DNA from: Nitrosopumilus sp.
GTDB lineage: Archaea > Thermoproteota > Nitrososphaeria > Nitrososphaerales > Nitrosopumilaceae
Direction: 5' to 3'
Length of the DNA stretch: 64,000 bases
Assembly (NCBI GenBank): GCA_965206745.1
Contig: OZ242220.1
Span: 320,001-384,000 of the forward strand
Shown here piece after piece: positions 29,589 to 38,654 of the stretch. The notes under the pieces were generated by a model. It was not told the DNA's origin. It worked only from the letters and a program-made list of their open reading frames with translations, and searched no databases. Each line of letters opens with the position of its first letter. Position 1 is the stretch's first letter. The position numbers and the translations under genes are program-made.

Positions 29589-29921
29589 ATGAATACAAAA
29601 ATACTATTAGCAGCATCCTTAATTGCTGTATTCACTATGGGACTGTATGCAGAAAGTGCTGTAGCATTTGCACAATATCTGGGTAATGTCGGTAGTGCAG
29701 GAGAGACCGGATCATACACTTTGGAAGAAGCACTAGAGATTCAATCAAGGCGAGTGGCAGCAGCCGCAGCCAATCCAGGGGCTGGATCAGGGACTCCGTA
29801 TATTAGTCCAGATGGTGTCGTTGGAGCTGCAGTGATTGCAGGTGCCGTATTTGGCGGTGTTGCAGGCGCTTTCTTCATTAAAGGACGATCTGGTAAATAC
29901 GCAGCAATGGGCAGAGGATAA
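29589..29921 (+). CDS. Small membrane protein, probable ammonia monooxygenase accessory subunit (AmoZ-like)
   Basis: Signal-like N-terminus plus C-terminal TM helix; position near amoB. AmoY/Z identity is inferred from recalled synteny. Confidence 0.55.
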   Translation: MNTKILLAASLIAVFTMGLYAESAVAFAQYLGNVGSAGETGSYTLEEALEIQSRRVAAAAANPGAGSGTPYISPDGVVGAAVIAGAVFGGVAGAFFIKGRSGKYAAMGRG

Positions 29922-30050
29922 ACAAAACCTCAATTTTTCTCATTTTATTATCCCTTCCTAGCGTAGACTGGCTTTAAACTGTAAATACTGATCTCGTACC
30001 CTCCGGTGACAAAAGAAATGTATATATCGCACAAATAGAGTCAAACTATT

Positions 30051-30320
30051 ATGATTCCTATCGTAGGTACTTTCCTAAGCATCCTGTCTTCAATTACAGG
30101 ACAACTAGGACCAAACTACGACCCATTATTCTACGATGTAATGATTTACATCTTTGGAACCATCATGTTCACGGTATTCCTTCTTGGAGTTATCTCATTT
30201 TGGTTGCGTGTACACGGCTGGGCTTACAAAGACAACCGTGAGAGATGGGTTGATGAATTAGACAGACACTTTGAAAGAGAAGGCATCGGTCTTATTCCAG
30301 ACAACGGCAAATACTGGTAA
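30051..30320 (+). CDS. Small membrane protein, probable ammonia monooxygenase accessory subunit (AmoY-like)
   Basis: TM helix plus charged tail; synteny with the amo cluster. Confidence 0.55.
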   Translation: MIPIVGTFLSILSSITGQLGPNYDPLFYDVMIYIFGTIMFTVFLLGVISFWLRVHGWAYKDNRERWVDELDRHFEREGIGLIPDNGKYW

Positions 30321-30410
30321 AATCACTTCTTCTTTTCATTATTTTTAAAATCTCCTAGTGTTTAGCATGATGAATTTTCAGAGTCTTGATATCTGCCAAA
30401 GTATGCGATG

Positions 30411-30950
30411 CTATCTTTCTAGTTCTGGCAGAAAGTCTTGGTCCTTTGATGTGTCATAGTCCTTTGTAGTGAACACACCCTTGTAGTGGTATCCGTCCTG
30501 TAACGGATGCTTGGTGAAATGCGGCGACTTTTTGTCATTGACATAGAAAGTTGACTTGTCCTGATCCATCTCCCTTAGGGGGAAATCCCACATCCACAAA
30601 AAGTGGCCTATCTCCCATGGATACTCTTCCTCCCATTCAACATAGATGGTTCCATCATCTGACAGCGTGTACATTGTTCTCTTGCATCCCTCATCATCCA
30701 GTCCCGCATTGATATTGGCAGGGATTGGTGCCTGGAAGCCGTCGATGATTAACTCCAGGGTGACCTTCATTTTATAGGGCGTCTCCCTGTCATTGATGCA
30801 GACCTTGAGGGGATCGTTTTGGCTGAACTGGCCCTGCAGGACGCTGCTGGCAGCTCCGACTGACATTGCTATTGCTGCTGTAATTATCAGAAATTTTATG
30901 GTCTTTTTTCTTTTGTACGGATCCCCCATTCCAGGATATTTCATCGTCAT
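30411..30950 (-). CDS. Hypothetical membrane-anchored protein
   Basis: N-terminal TM anchor; IPANI...CKRTMYTLSDDGTIYVEW. Confidence 0.7.
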   Translation of the reverse strand: MTMKYPGMGDPYKRKKTIKFLIITAAIAMSVGAASSVLQGQFSQNDPLKVCINDRETPYKMKVTLELIIDGFQAPIPANINAGLDDEGCKRTMYTLSDDGTIYVEWEEEYPWEIGHFLWMWDFPLREMDQDKSTFYVNDKKSPHFTKHPLQDGYHYKGVFTTKDYDTSKDQDFLPELER

Positions 30951-30982
30951 GCCTCTGCTCGGATTCCTTAAAGTCCTTTCTC

Positions 30983-31297
30983 TTAATCGTGCATGATCTC
31001 AATGGTGTCGCACAAGTCCTGATGGTCTGCAAGAAAGTATGTTATCTCGTCTGAATCAATCTCTAGCCATTCTGACTCTCCCTTGTATGGAAGATAGTCC
31101 TCGATGAACAGATCATCTGGCCCTGATACCCTGACTAGAACCTTGTCATTTTTTGGCTTTATCGCAAAGGGCAGTTTTAGAACCTTGCCCCTCCTTTGGT
31201 TTTGTATGTTTACCTTGTATTTGTCAGACCTGAACTCTGTCTCTCCCAGAAAATAACTCTGGAAGATATCCATTTTTGTTATCTTGAAACTGATCAT
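30983..31297 (-). CDS. Hypothetical protein
   Basis: Clean 104-aa ORF downstream of amoB. Confidence 0.7.
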   Translation of the reverse strand: MISFKITKMDIFQSYFLGETEFRSDKYKVNIQNQRRGKVLKLPFAIKPKNDKVLVRVSGPDDLFIEDYLPYKGESEWLEIDSDEITYFLADHQDLCDTIEIMHD

Positions 31298-31386
31298 GTT
31301 TCTCTTGTTGCCTCATAGAAGATAAGACTTGCAGTTACGCCAACCGTAAGAGGTATCTATAAAATGAAAAGGAAAAGTTGGGTTGT

Positions 31387-31956
31387 TTAGATTACTTGCC
31401 AGGGTCGTGTTGCAAACGTAATGACATATCCTACACCGATAATGATTGATTGGTATGCGATGTTGGTATATGGGATTGGTTTGATAATTGGTTCCCCTTC
31501 AACTACTACTGTTTGACCTGGACCTAGTCCCGGACCAACTTGTGCAACGTTGAGTTGGGTGTGTACGTGGTATACACCTGCTTCAAGTGCTTTGGCAGAC
31601 AGTGAGTACTCGATGACTGAGTTGCCTGGAATGTCAAAGACGTTTCCTGGTGGGTCTCTTGCCAACATCTCCCATCTGTTACCTGCATTGGTTGATTCTG
31701 TGAAAATGGATAGCCATCCTCTTAGGTCTCTTTCTACTAAACTGATTAGAGTTCCTTGAACTGTCAAGTTTTCGCCAGTTTGTAGGGATTGTCTGTTGAA
31801 GGTTTCATCCTCAATTCTGATAAAACGACTCTGGAGTTGTGCTTGGACACCGTGTGCATCTGCAGTTGGAAGTACGGATTCAACCCAGTTGAAACCTAGT
31901 GTTCCTAGTGCAAGTACTACAGCAAGTCCAAATACGAAAATTCTTTTTTCTACCAT
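31387..31956 (-). CDS. amoB: Ammonia monooxygenase subunit B
   Basis: ADAHGVQAQLQSRF, GVYHVHTQLNV, FATRPWQVI; start at MVEKRIF. Confidence 0.97.
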   Translation of the reverse strand: MVEKRIFVFGLAVVLALGTLGFNWVESVLPTADAHGVQAQLQSRFIRIEDETFNRQSLQTGENLTVQGTLISLVERDLRGWLSIFTESTNAGNRWEMLARDPPGNVFDIPGNSVIEYSLSAKALEAGVYHVHTQLNVAQVGPGLGPGQTVVVEGEPIIKPIPYTNIAYQSIIIGVGYVITFATRPWQVI

Positions 31957-32199
31957 AGTTATCCCTAAATTCAGGAAACAAAGCACGTCGTTATATGTTT
32001 TACCTTGACAGCGAGGATCGACGTCAGGCTCATTGTAAATCATTGATGTATAACATTGAAATTGATAAAAAAATAGACTAAATTTTCGTAATTTGAACTA
32101 AAATTATATAATATTTACACATATTCCTTGAATATTTATAATATATTGGAGGAAATGAGTAATTCCCAAAACTCTTACTTTATATTCCGAATTCACATG

Positions 32200-32772
32200 A
32201 TGATAATCATGGCACAGATGCCCGCATTAATCCCAAAAGAAGTTGAGATCCAGAGACTAAAGAAAATCTGGCTCATCGTTATTGCTATGGGTTCTACTGC
32301 AGCATCAGTCGAAGTGGACAACTTCGTTGATGGTTCTTTGCATCAAACCTCTATCAGAGATAGTGCTTTCACACCAGCACACTGGTGGCTATACTCCCAC
32401 TTTGTGGCATTACCACTTGGATGGGGTGCAGCAGCAATCTATGATAGAAAAGTTCCAGTTCTTAGAGGCCCAAATAATTCAATGAACACTGGATTGAAGA
32501 TGACCATTCTTGGTTATCTTGCAACCATGTTTACGATTGGTGTCAATGAGATGTGGCATTTCTGGTTTGTAGAGGAGATCTTTGCAGTTCCAAACCACTG
32601 GATGTTTAACATGGGAGTCGTAGTGGCTTTCATGGGCGCACTTGCATACGTAGTCAGAGTATACGCTCGACTCGTAGAACTTGGTGCAGAAACTCCTGGT
32701 GAGAACCCATACGTTGCCGAGATGTACAAGATGGCCTTGGAAGGCAAATTGTACAGCAGAGCAATTCCTTAG
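32200..32772 (+). CDS. amoC: Ammonia monooxygenase subunit C
   Basis: MAQMPALIPKEVEIQRL, DGSLHQTSIRDSAFTPAH, NEMWHFWFVEE. Confidence 0.97.
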   Translation: MIIMAQMPALIPKEVEIQRLKKIWLIVIAMGSTAASVEVDNFVDGSLHQTSIRDSAFTPAHWWLYSHFVALPLGWGAAAIYDRKVPVLRGPNNSMNTGLKMTILGYLATMFTIGVNEMWHFWFVEEIFAVPNHWMFNMGVVVAFMGALAYVVRVYARLVELGAETPGENPYVAEMYKMALEGKLYSRAIP

Positions 32773-32885
32773 AAAAAGTGCATTAGCACCTTTTTTCTCT
32801 TTTATATGGTAAAAATGACGTAGATCGTACATGTCACAAAGCATTAAGAAAGACTTAAAAGAATCCGAATTAGAATAATTCCAGA

Positions 32886-33248
32886 ATGACTCTTCCTAAA
32901 GGATTCGGTTCTGGCGGCGCTGGTGGATCATCAAGTGCCGATGTAGAACGAATGATTGGTAGACGCGTTGAAAACATGACTGGCATAATAACTATTTCAT
33001 TCTGGGCAGCATGGCTGGCAACTTTTGGTGGAACTGCAGCAGGGTATTTCTATTATCCGTGGGCATATCCAACACCAAGTGGTCATTTTGCATTCATCGT
33101 ATTGACAATCATTGAGGCAATAGGTTACATCTTCTGTGTTAAGGTCATGGAAGAAGGTTCCAACAAAAATAGTAATGGTATTGTAGCTGGCAGCATTGCT
33201 GCAGTGACTGTAGGTACCATCTTCATATCACTATACGTTGGTAACTAG
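32886..33248 (+). CDS. amoX: Ammonia monooxygenase subunit X
   Basis: LPKGFGSGG...RMIGRRVENM...YYPWAYP; located between amoC and amoA. Confidence 0.85.
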   Translation: MTLPKGFGSGGAGGSSSADVERMIGRRVENMTGIITISFWAAWLATFGGTAAGYFYYPWAYPTPSGHFAFIVLTIIEAIGYIFCVKVMEEGSNKNSNGIVAGSIAAVTVGTIFISLYVGN

Positions 33249-33289
33249 AAGGCAACCCCCTTCAGACACTTCTTTTTCATTTTTAAATT

Positions 33290-34018
33290 ACACAGGCGAT
33301 CCCCGCCACGCTTGTACTGAAGGTATTGCCTTGTCGTATGGGCCTGATAACTTGTTTGATCTTACCCTTTAGGCACCTCATGGAACAGATCAATCGCTAC
33401 CAGTCATCATATCTTATGCCCATTTTGGGCTCACGAATCGCTTTTTTAGTATTTTTCCAAATACCAGAGTATGACATTTGCTATCTGATGAAAGGCAAGG
33501 ACCTCTTTACTACAATGGCCTGTAGTCCTTTGATGGGTCCGCTCTGGCAATCACACCTTTAGCGTTCTAAAGATTCCCTGTCTTTACCTGTCTACTGATG
33601 GTATGGATGTTTGAGAAAACGATACTTGCAAAATCCCTCCCCAAACATGGATTTGATTTTGACCTCTTTTCTGTTTGGCCTTGCTGAATCTCGTCTTTTA
33701 TACGCCGTATCTCATCCTAACCATTCATCCCCTGGATATTTTGTCCGATGATTCCTGCATATCCTTGATCATACCACCCAACAATCTTGATGCCTGTTGC
33801 AGATGTGTACCTGCAATATCTTTCTGCCTCTTCTGGATTGGCCTGCATTGACAGATTTTATCCCTCAGATGCATTCGTGCTGATTTGATGATAATCTGAT
33901 ATTGAAGATGCATTACATCGATATTTGCCCGATTTTCGGCCTTGGTCTCCTCATCCCGCATCCTGATCGCCATATCTGATAATAATCGCCGTGCACGCCT
34001 AAAATCAGGCCAAATCAC
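33290..34018 (-). pseudogene. Probable decayed gene remnant between amoX and amoA
   Basis: 97-aa ORF 33725..34018 followed by further stop-interrupted frames. Confidence 0.35.
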
Positions 34019-34050
34019 TCTCTATATAATAGCAGATCTTCATCAGACTC

Positions 34051-34066
34051 TAAAATTTTATATATT
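34051..34066 (+). promoter_or_regulatory. TATA box of amoA (probably leaderless transcript)
   Basis: TTTATATA at 34057-34064, 23-30 nt upstream of ATG 34087. Confidence 0.6.
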
Positions 34067-34086
34067 GACCGTTTCATCAACTTGAT

Positions 34087-34737
34087 ATGGTCTGGTTAAG
34101 ACGATGTACACACTACTTGTTCATAGTAGTGGTTGCAGTTAACTCTACACTGTTAACAATTAATGCAGGAGATTACATCTTCTACACTGACTGGGCTTGG
34201 ACTTCGTACACGGTATTTTCAATATCGCAGACGTTGATGCTTATTGTAGGTGCTACATACTATCTTACATTTACGGGCGTTCCAGGCACAGCAACGTACT
34301 ACGCTCTAATTATGACAGTATACACATGGATAGCAAAAGGTGCATGGTTTGCACTCGGATACCCATATGACTTCATTGTAACTCCAGTTTGGCTACCCTC
34401 AGCGATGCTGTTGGACTTGGTTTACTGGGCAACAAAGAAGAACAAGCACTCCTTGATACTGTTTGGCGGCGTACTGGTAGGAATGTCATTACCATTGTTC
34501 AACATGGTAAACCTGATAACAGTAGCAGACCCACTAGAAACGGCATTCAAATATCCAAGACCGACATTGCCACCCTACATGACACCGATAGAACCGCAGG
34601 TAGGCAAGTTCTATAACAGCCCAGTTGCTCTCGGTGCGGGTGCAGGTGCGGTGTTGGCGTGTACGTTTGCAGCCCTGGGTTGTAAATTGAACACTTGGAC
34701 ATACAGATGGATGGCCGCTTGGTCAAAGTGGGACTAG
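34087..34737 (+). CDS. amoA: Ammonia monooxygenase subunit A
   Basis: MVWLRRCTHYLF...GDYIFYTDWAW...WMAAWSKWD, 216 aa. Confidence 0.99.
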   Translation: MVWLRRCTHYLFIVVVAVNSTLLTINAGDYIFYTDWAWTSYTVFSISQTLMLIVGATYYLTFTGVPGTATYYALIMTVYTWIAKGAWFALGYPYDFIVTPVWLPSAMLLDLVYWATKKNKHSLILFGGVLVGMSLPLFNMVNLITVADPLETAFKYPRPTLPPYMTPIEPQVGKFYNSPVALGAGAGAVLACTFAALGCKLNTWTYRWMAAWSKWD

Positions 34738-34833
34738 ATACTCCAACCTTTTCATTTTATTATTTGTCCTTAGGGGAACCTCTGCAAAAAATCCCGGCTC
34801 TGAAAATTCAAAAAACCCTTGGCTTGAATTTTT

Positions 34834-35709
34834 CTAATAGTTTTTAATCAGCAGTTCAAAGTGCCCGGTTCGTTTTTTAGAGTTTGAGTTGATGGAGCGG
34901 TTTGCCCGTATCCTGTCAATACTCCAGGTCTTCTTTGGGAACATCCCTGCGACCTCTTTGGAGTCCGAGTTTGAGAGCAGTACCTGGCATCCCTTGGAGT
35001 CTAGTTTCATGCAGAGTTCTGCCAGTCTTTGGAGGTCCTCATACGTGAAACTCTTGTTTGTATAGCTTGTAAAGTTGGCAGTCTCGCTGACTGGCTGGTA
35101 TGGGGGATCAAAGTATACCAGATCACCTTTCTTTGCATCCCGAAGTACCGACTCAAAGTCCCTGCATTTTATGGCAACCTTGCTTGACTGTAAAATGGCA
35201 CTCACCGAGCGTAGATTTTCCTCGTTTACTATGTTGGGGTTTGCATAGCTGCCTAGGGGCACGTTGAACTTTCCCTTGCTGTTGACCCTGTACAGTCCAT
35301 TAAAGCAGGTCTTGTTCAAAAAGAGCAGCCTTGATGTCTTTTCGATCTCGCTTCTTGGGTTTGACTCCCTGACTGAATAATAGTATTTTTTAGAATCCTT
35401 TTGATAGTTTTTCCCGTGACTCTTCAACGATGATATCAGCTCGTCAATTCTGTTTCGAATTGTAGTGTATGTCAGAACCAGATCCGAGTTCAAATCTGAG
35501 ATGCTGCATTTCTGGGCACTCCTCTCAGTTAGGATGTGGAACAGTAATGCGCCCCCGCCCAAAAATGGCTCATAGTAGGTGCCGAAAGTTTTGGGCAGAT
35601 TATCATTTAGTATCGGAATCAGCTGGCGCTTGCCTCCGGCCCATTTTACAAATGGCTTTGGAGTTGTAGTTACTAGGCTGTAAACTTGTTTCAATGGTTG
35701 TATTTGCAA
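34834..35709 (-). CDS. dam: Dam-family (D12 class) N6-adenine DNA methyltransferase
   Basis: KWAGGK, EPFLGGG, FNGLYRVN, DPPY. Confidence 0.9.
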   Translation of the reverse strand: MQIQPLKQVYSLVTTTPKPFVKWAGGKRQLIPILNDNLPKTFGTYYEPFLGGGALLFHILTERSAQKCSISDLNSDLVLTYTTIRNRIDELISSLKSHGKNYQKDSKKYYYSVRESNPRSEIEKTSRLLFLNKTCFNGLYRVNSKGKFNVPLGSYANPNIVNEENLRSVSAILQSSKVAIKCRDFESVLRDAKKGDLVYFDPPYQPVSETANFTSYTNKSFTYEDLQRLAELCMKLDSKGCQVLLSNSDSKEVAGMFPKKTWSIDRIRANRSINSNSKKRTGHFELLIKNY

Positions 35710-35914
35710 AAGTCATTAACAGTACTATACACAAAATAATTTGATCTGGAACTATCTTTTTTCTAGTCACCAAATAGGTTAAATAGAAATTTCGTAAATC
35801 CCAAAATTCAGGGGTTTGGAGGATCTCCTGATGGAACGCTGCAGTGAAACCTTTTGCAGTGCAACTATGGGGCCGGAATTTATTAGCCATAGAATCTGTG
35901 ATGATTTAGGAGAA

Positions 35915-35988
35915 AGCTTCGAACGGGATCTGAACCCGTGACCTTTACATTACCAATGTAACGCTCTACCAGACTGAGCTATCGAAGC
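35915..35988 (-). tRNA. tRNA-Thr(GGT)
   Basis: GCTTCGA acceptor stem; TTACA-TTGGTAA-TGTAA anticodon arm; GGTTCAGATCC T-arm. Confidence 0.95.
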
Positions 35989-36079
35989 ATAAATTCACCC
36001 TGTGGAAAATCCTTATAATTCTTCATTCTGGGCAAATTTGCTCTAAACTGTTAAATTTCACTCAGATTTTTATCCTTTT

Positions 36080-36201
36080 GGAGGAGTAATCAAGCCTGGC
36101 CAAAGTAAGCACTCTGTGCTTTTGGACATGCAGGACTTAAGATCAAATAATGGGTGATCCTGTCTCTCAGGAGTTCGTGGGTTCGAATCCCACCTCCTCC
36201 A
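36080..36201 (+). tRNA. tRNA-Leu(TAA) with two introns (36106-36127 in D-arm; 36142-36156 at 37/38)
   Basis: GGAGGAG/CTCCTCC acceptor, long variable arm, TTCGAAT T-loop; bulge-helix-bulge-type motifs at both introns. Confidence 0.9.
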
Positions 36202-36203
36202 CC

Positions 36204-36590
36204 TTATCTTGGATTCTTGATTCCTCGGGAGTTTAGAACCTCGTAGACGTCTGGCAGCGAGAATACAAATCCGACATGTACGCAGTCCTTCTCATCGCAG
36301 AGCTGGCAAAACAGCTCCCCTTTCTGAATTGCAACCTCGGCAATCCTGTTTTTGATATTATCTTTTAGAACAACACGGTCATCATCAACTGAAATCTTTT
36401 CAATCTTTGGAGCATACCTTGCAAAGGTCTTGTCCTTTTGCATCATCTCCTCTAGCATATAGGTTACATAGCCGGCAAAACTGTTGACACCCTTCATTGT
36501 CAGGTCGTCTTTACTCTTTTGATAAACTTCGTGGAATTTATCATAGACAGTCTCTGAAACAGTGATTGATTTGAATCCGGCTTTTGGCAA
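36204..36590 (-). CDS. Hypothetical protein (RHH-like N-terminus, C-terminal CxxC...CxH zinc motif)
   Basis: TTG start PKAGFKSITVSETVYDKF; CQLCDEKDCVH. Confidence 0.7.
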   Translation of the reverse strand: MPKAGFKSITVSETVYDKFHEVYQKSKDDLTMKGVNSFAGYVTYMLEEMMQKDKTFARYAPKIEKISVDDDRVVLKDNIKNRIAEVAIQKGELFCQLCDEKDCVHVGFVFSLPDVYEVLNSRGIKNPR

Positions 36591-36791
36591 TTTACTTTTC
36601 CTTACCGTACAATAAAGTACTCCTGTATATAACGTTTTATTCCAAATACGAGACGATCCACTCAAAGGACTGGGCATGAAGATATCTCAGATAATATTGA
36701 TTCATGCCTATCTGAAGGGTGTGAGGACATACAAAGATGCTGATTCCAGATCAAAATCAGTCTTTATAGAATACCATACCCTAGGAGCAGC

Positions 36792-37685
36792 ATGGGAAGA
36801 GGCTACTCCACTGAGGAGATAAGGGAAAGACTGATCCTGCTTTTGGATGATACCGTCTCTGGAATGTCCGGAGTTGAGATCTCTGAAAAACTTGGAATTA
36901 ACAGGGTCACTGTCTCAAAGTATCTCAAGGTCTTTGCAGCAGAAGGACTGCTCCGACAGAAAAACATTGGAAACCTGACTCTGTGGTTTCTAGAGCCGGG
37001 GCAAGAGTCCTTTAGTTTTCCCGATGATTACTTCAAGGTGTCTGCACAGTATCTTGACTATCTGATTAAGGGTACTGAGGATCAGGTCTACTCCCTTGTT
37101 CGGAACTGCCTGCACTCCGGGGGTGCAGTAAACCGCCTGGTACTGGAGGTGATCTTTCCCTCAATTGATCATCTCAGGGGACTGTACGATGACGGAAAGA
37201 TTGGAACCTCCGAGCAGAATCTCCTGACTAACACCATCTCAAAATCACTTCAAATCTTCAACCAGATCCCAGTCGTCGCTGATCCAAAAAAGAACATAAT
37301 ATCCATTGCAGCCGATGCACAGAGCCGGCTGTACTCTGAGGCCGCCTCTGCAGTGTATCATTCTGATGGATGGACAGTCTCGGATTTGGGGGACATGTCA
37401 CCTGCCATCAATGTATTGTTTGATCTTGATCTTCAAAAGTTGATAGGAAGGGTCTGGAAGCAAAAGCCTGGCATCCTGATTATAGCCGTCTTCTCCCAGA
37501 CTGATCAAGGACTAAACTTTTTTGCAGATTCAATAAATCCGATAAAGGCCAAATCCGGAAAACAGATGAAGCTGGCACTCTGTGGCAGGGTATCGAAAAA
37601 AACCAAGATCCGCTCTGACCTGACATCTGAAAAAATCGGGGACATCCTGCAGTGGTCTGCAACCGTATCCCAGAATTTAAAGTGA
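36792..37685 (+). CDS. Winged-HTH regulator with degenerate B12-binding-like domain
   Basis: N-terminal HTH (EISEKLGINRVTVSKYL); helical cap (LYDDGKIGTSEQ) plus Rossmann-like domain. Confidence 0.7.
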   Translation: MGRGYSTEEIRERLILLLDDTVSGMSGVEISEKLGINRVTVSKYLKVFAAEGLLRQKNIGNLTLWFLEPGQESFSFPDDYFKVSAQYLDYLIKGTEDQVYSLVRNCLHSGGAVNRLVLEVIFPSIDHLRGLYDDGKIGTSEQNLLTNTISKSLQIFNQIPVVADPKKNIISIAADAQSRLYSEAASAVYHSDGWTVSDLGDMSPAINVLFDLDLQKLIGRVWKQKPGILIIAVFSQTDQGLNFFADSINPIKAKSGKQMKLALCGRVSKKTKIRSDLTSEKIGDILQWSATVSQNLK

Positions 37686-37697
37686 TATGGATACTGC

Positions 37698-38291
37698 CTA
37701 TTCCTTGACTGACAGAATCATCTTTTCGAGCTCTGCATCCCTCTCTACAATCTCACTGATCCTCTCCTCTGAAACCGTAATGCCCAGGTCAATGATTCCC
37801 TGCAGTGCGCTCTTTCTTACCTCCATGTCAGAATCCAGCACTGCCTCAAGAAAGACCTCTCTTGCCTCTGCAGCCCTCAGATGACCTAGTGCCCCAAGCG
37901 CGCATGATCTTACCATGGAATACTCATCCTTTGCAAGCTTTATTATCTGTGGAATGGCAGCAGCCTCGCCCCTGTTTGCCAGTACCAGTGATGCAAAACC
38001 CCTGATATTCTTGTTTGCAGTATCCAGACTATTGATTAGAAACTGCGAGATATTGTTCCTGTTTAGCAAAAGGGAGCTAAATGCCTCTCCCCTGACCTGA
38101 AGATCCTCATCATCGAGCTTTGAAATCATCTGCTTCAAGATCTCCGGATCGTCTGTGTTGTCTAGTGCCTCCAAAGCCCTGATCTTTGCCTCACTGTTTC
38201 CCGTCTCTAAAACTTTTGAAATATCTTCCAAGTTCTGACCCTGTTTTCCCCTCCTAGTTAATAACGGTTCAAATCCTTCATTTTTCTTCAT
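37698..38291 (-). CDS. HEAT/PBS-lyase repeat protein
   Basis: D.D..VR..A..AL repeats; true start may be TTG 38231. Confidence 0.85.
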   Translation of the reverse strand: MKKNEGFEPLLTRRGKQGQNLEDISKVLETGNSEAKIRALEALDNTDDPEILKQMISKLDDEDLQVRGEAFSSLLLNRNNISQFLINSLDTANKNIRGFASLVLANRGEAAAIPQIIKLAKDEYSMVRSCALGALGHLRAAEAREVFLEAVLDSDMEVRKSALQGIIDLGITVSEERISEIVERDAELEKMILSVKE

Positions 38292-38345
38292 CTGATTCAG
38301 CGATACTCTTTTAGCTTTAAATTATCCTCAAATACCAAACTCTGC

Positions 38346-38633
38346 ATGTTAGATGAAACCCGAGATACAGTATTCATTGGTAAAAAGCCACTGATGGCAT
38401 ATGTGACATCAGCGCTTATTCAACTGGCAAACTTACCATCCGTCAACATCAAAGCTAGAGGACTCAGCATAGGTCGTGCTGTGGATGTAGCTCAAATCAT
38501 TGCAAGAAAGACAGAAAATGCAGGCTACTCTATCGGAGCAATCAAGATCGGCTCAGAGTCACTAGAGTCACAAGACGGCAGAACTAGAAACGTTTCAACA
38601 ATAGAAATTGAAGTAAAGAGAGTTACGTCCTAA
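38346..38633 (+). CDS. albA: DNA/RNA-binding protein Alba
   Basis: VFIGKKPLMAYV, KARGLSIGRAVDVA, NVSTIEI. Confidence 0.93.
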   Translation: MLDETRDTVFIGKKPLMAYVTSALIQLANLPSVNIKARGLSIGRAVDVAQIIARKTENAGYSIGAIKIGSESLESQDGRTRNVSTIEIEVKRVTS

Positions 38634-38654
38634 TCGTACTTTACTTGAAATTTT

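Noticed and set aside
31957-32199. Long N-terminal extensions of amoB and amoC in the ORF track
   Set aside because: They cover the AT-rich divergent promoter region; known proteins start at MVEK and MIxMAQ
35915-36201. tRNA genes as integration sites
   Set aside because: No duplicated tRNA 3' end or integrase seen in the window
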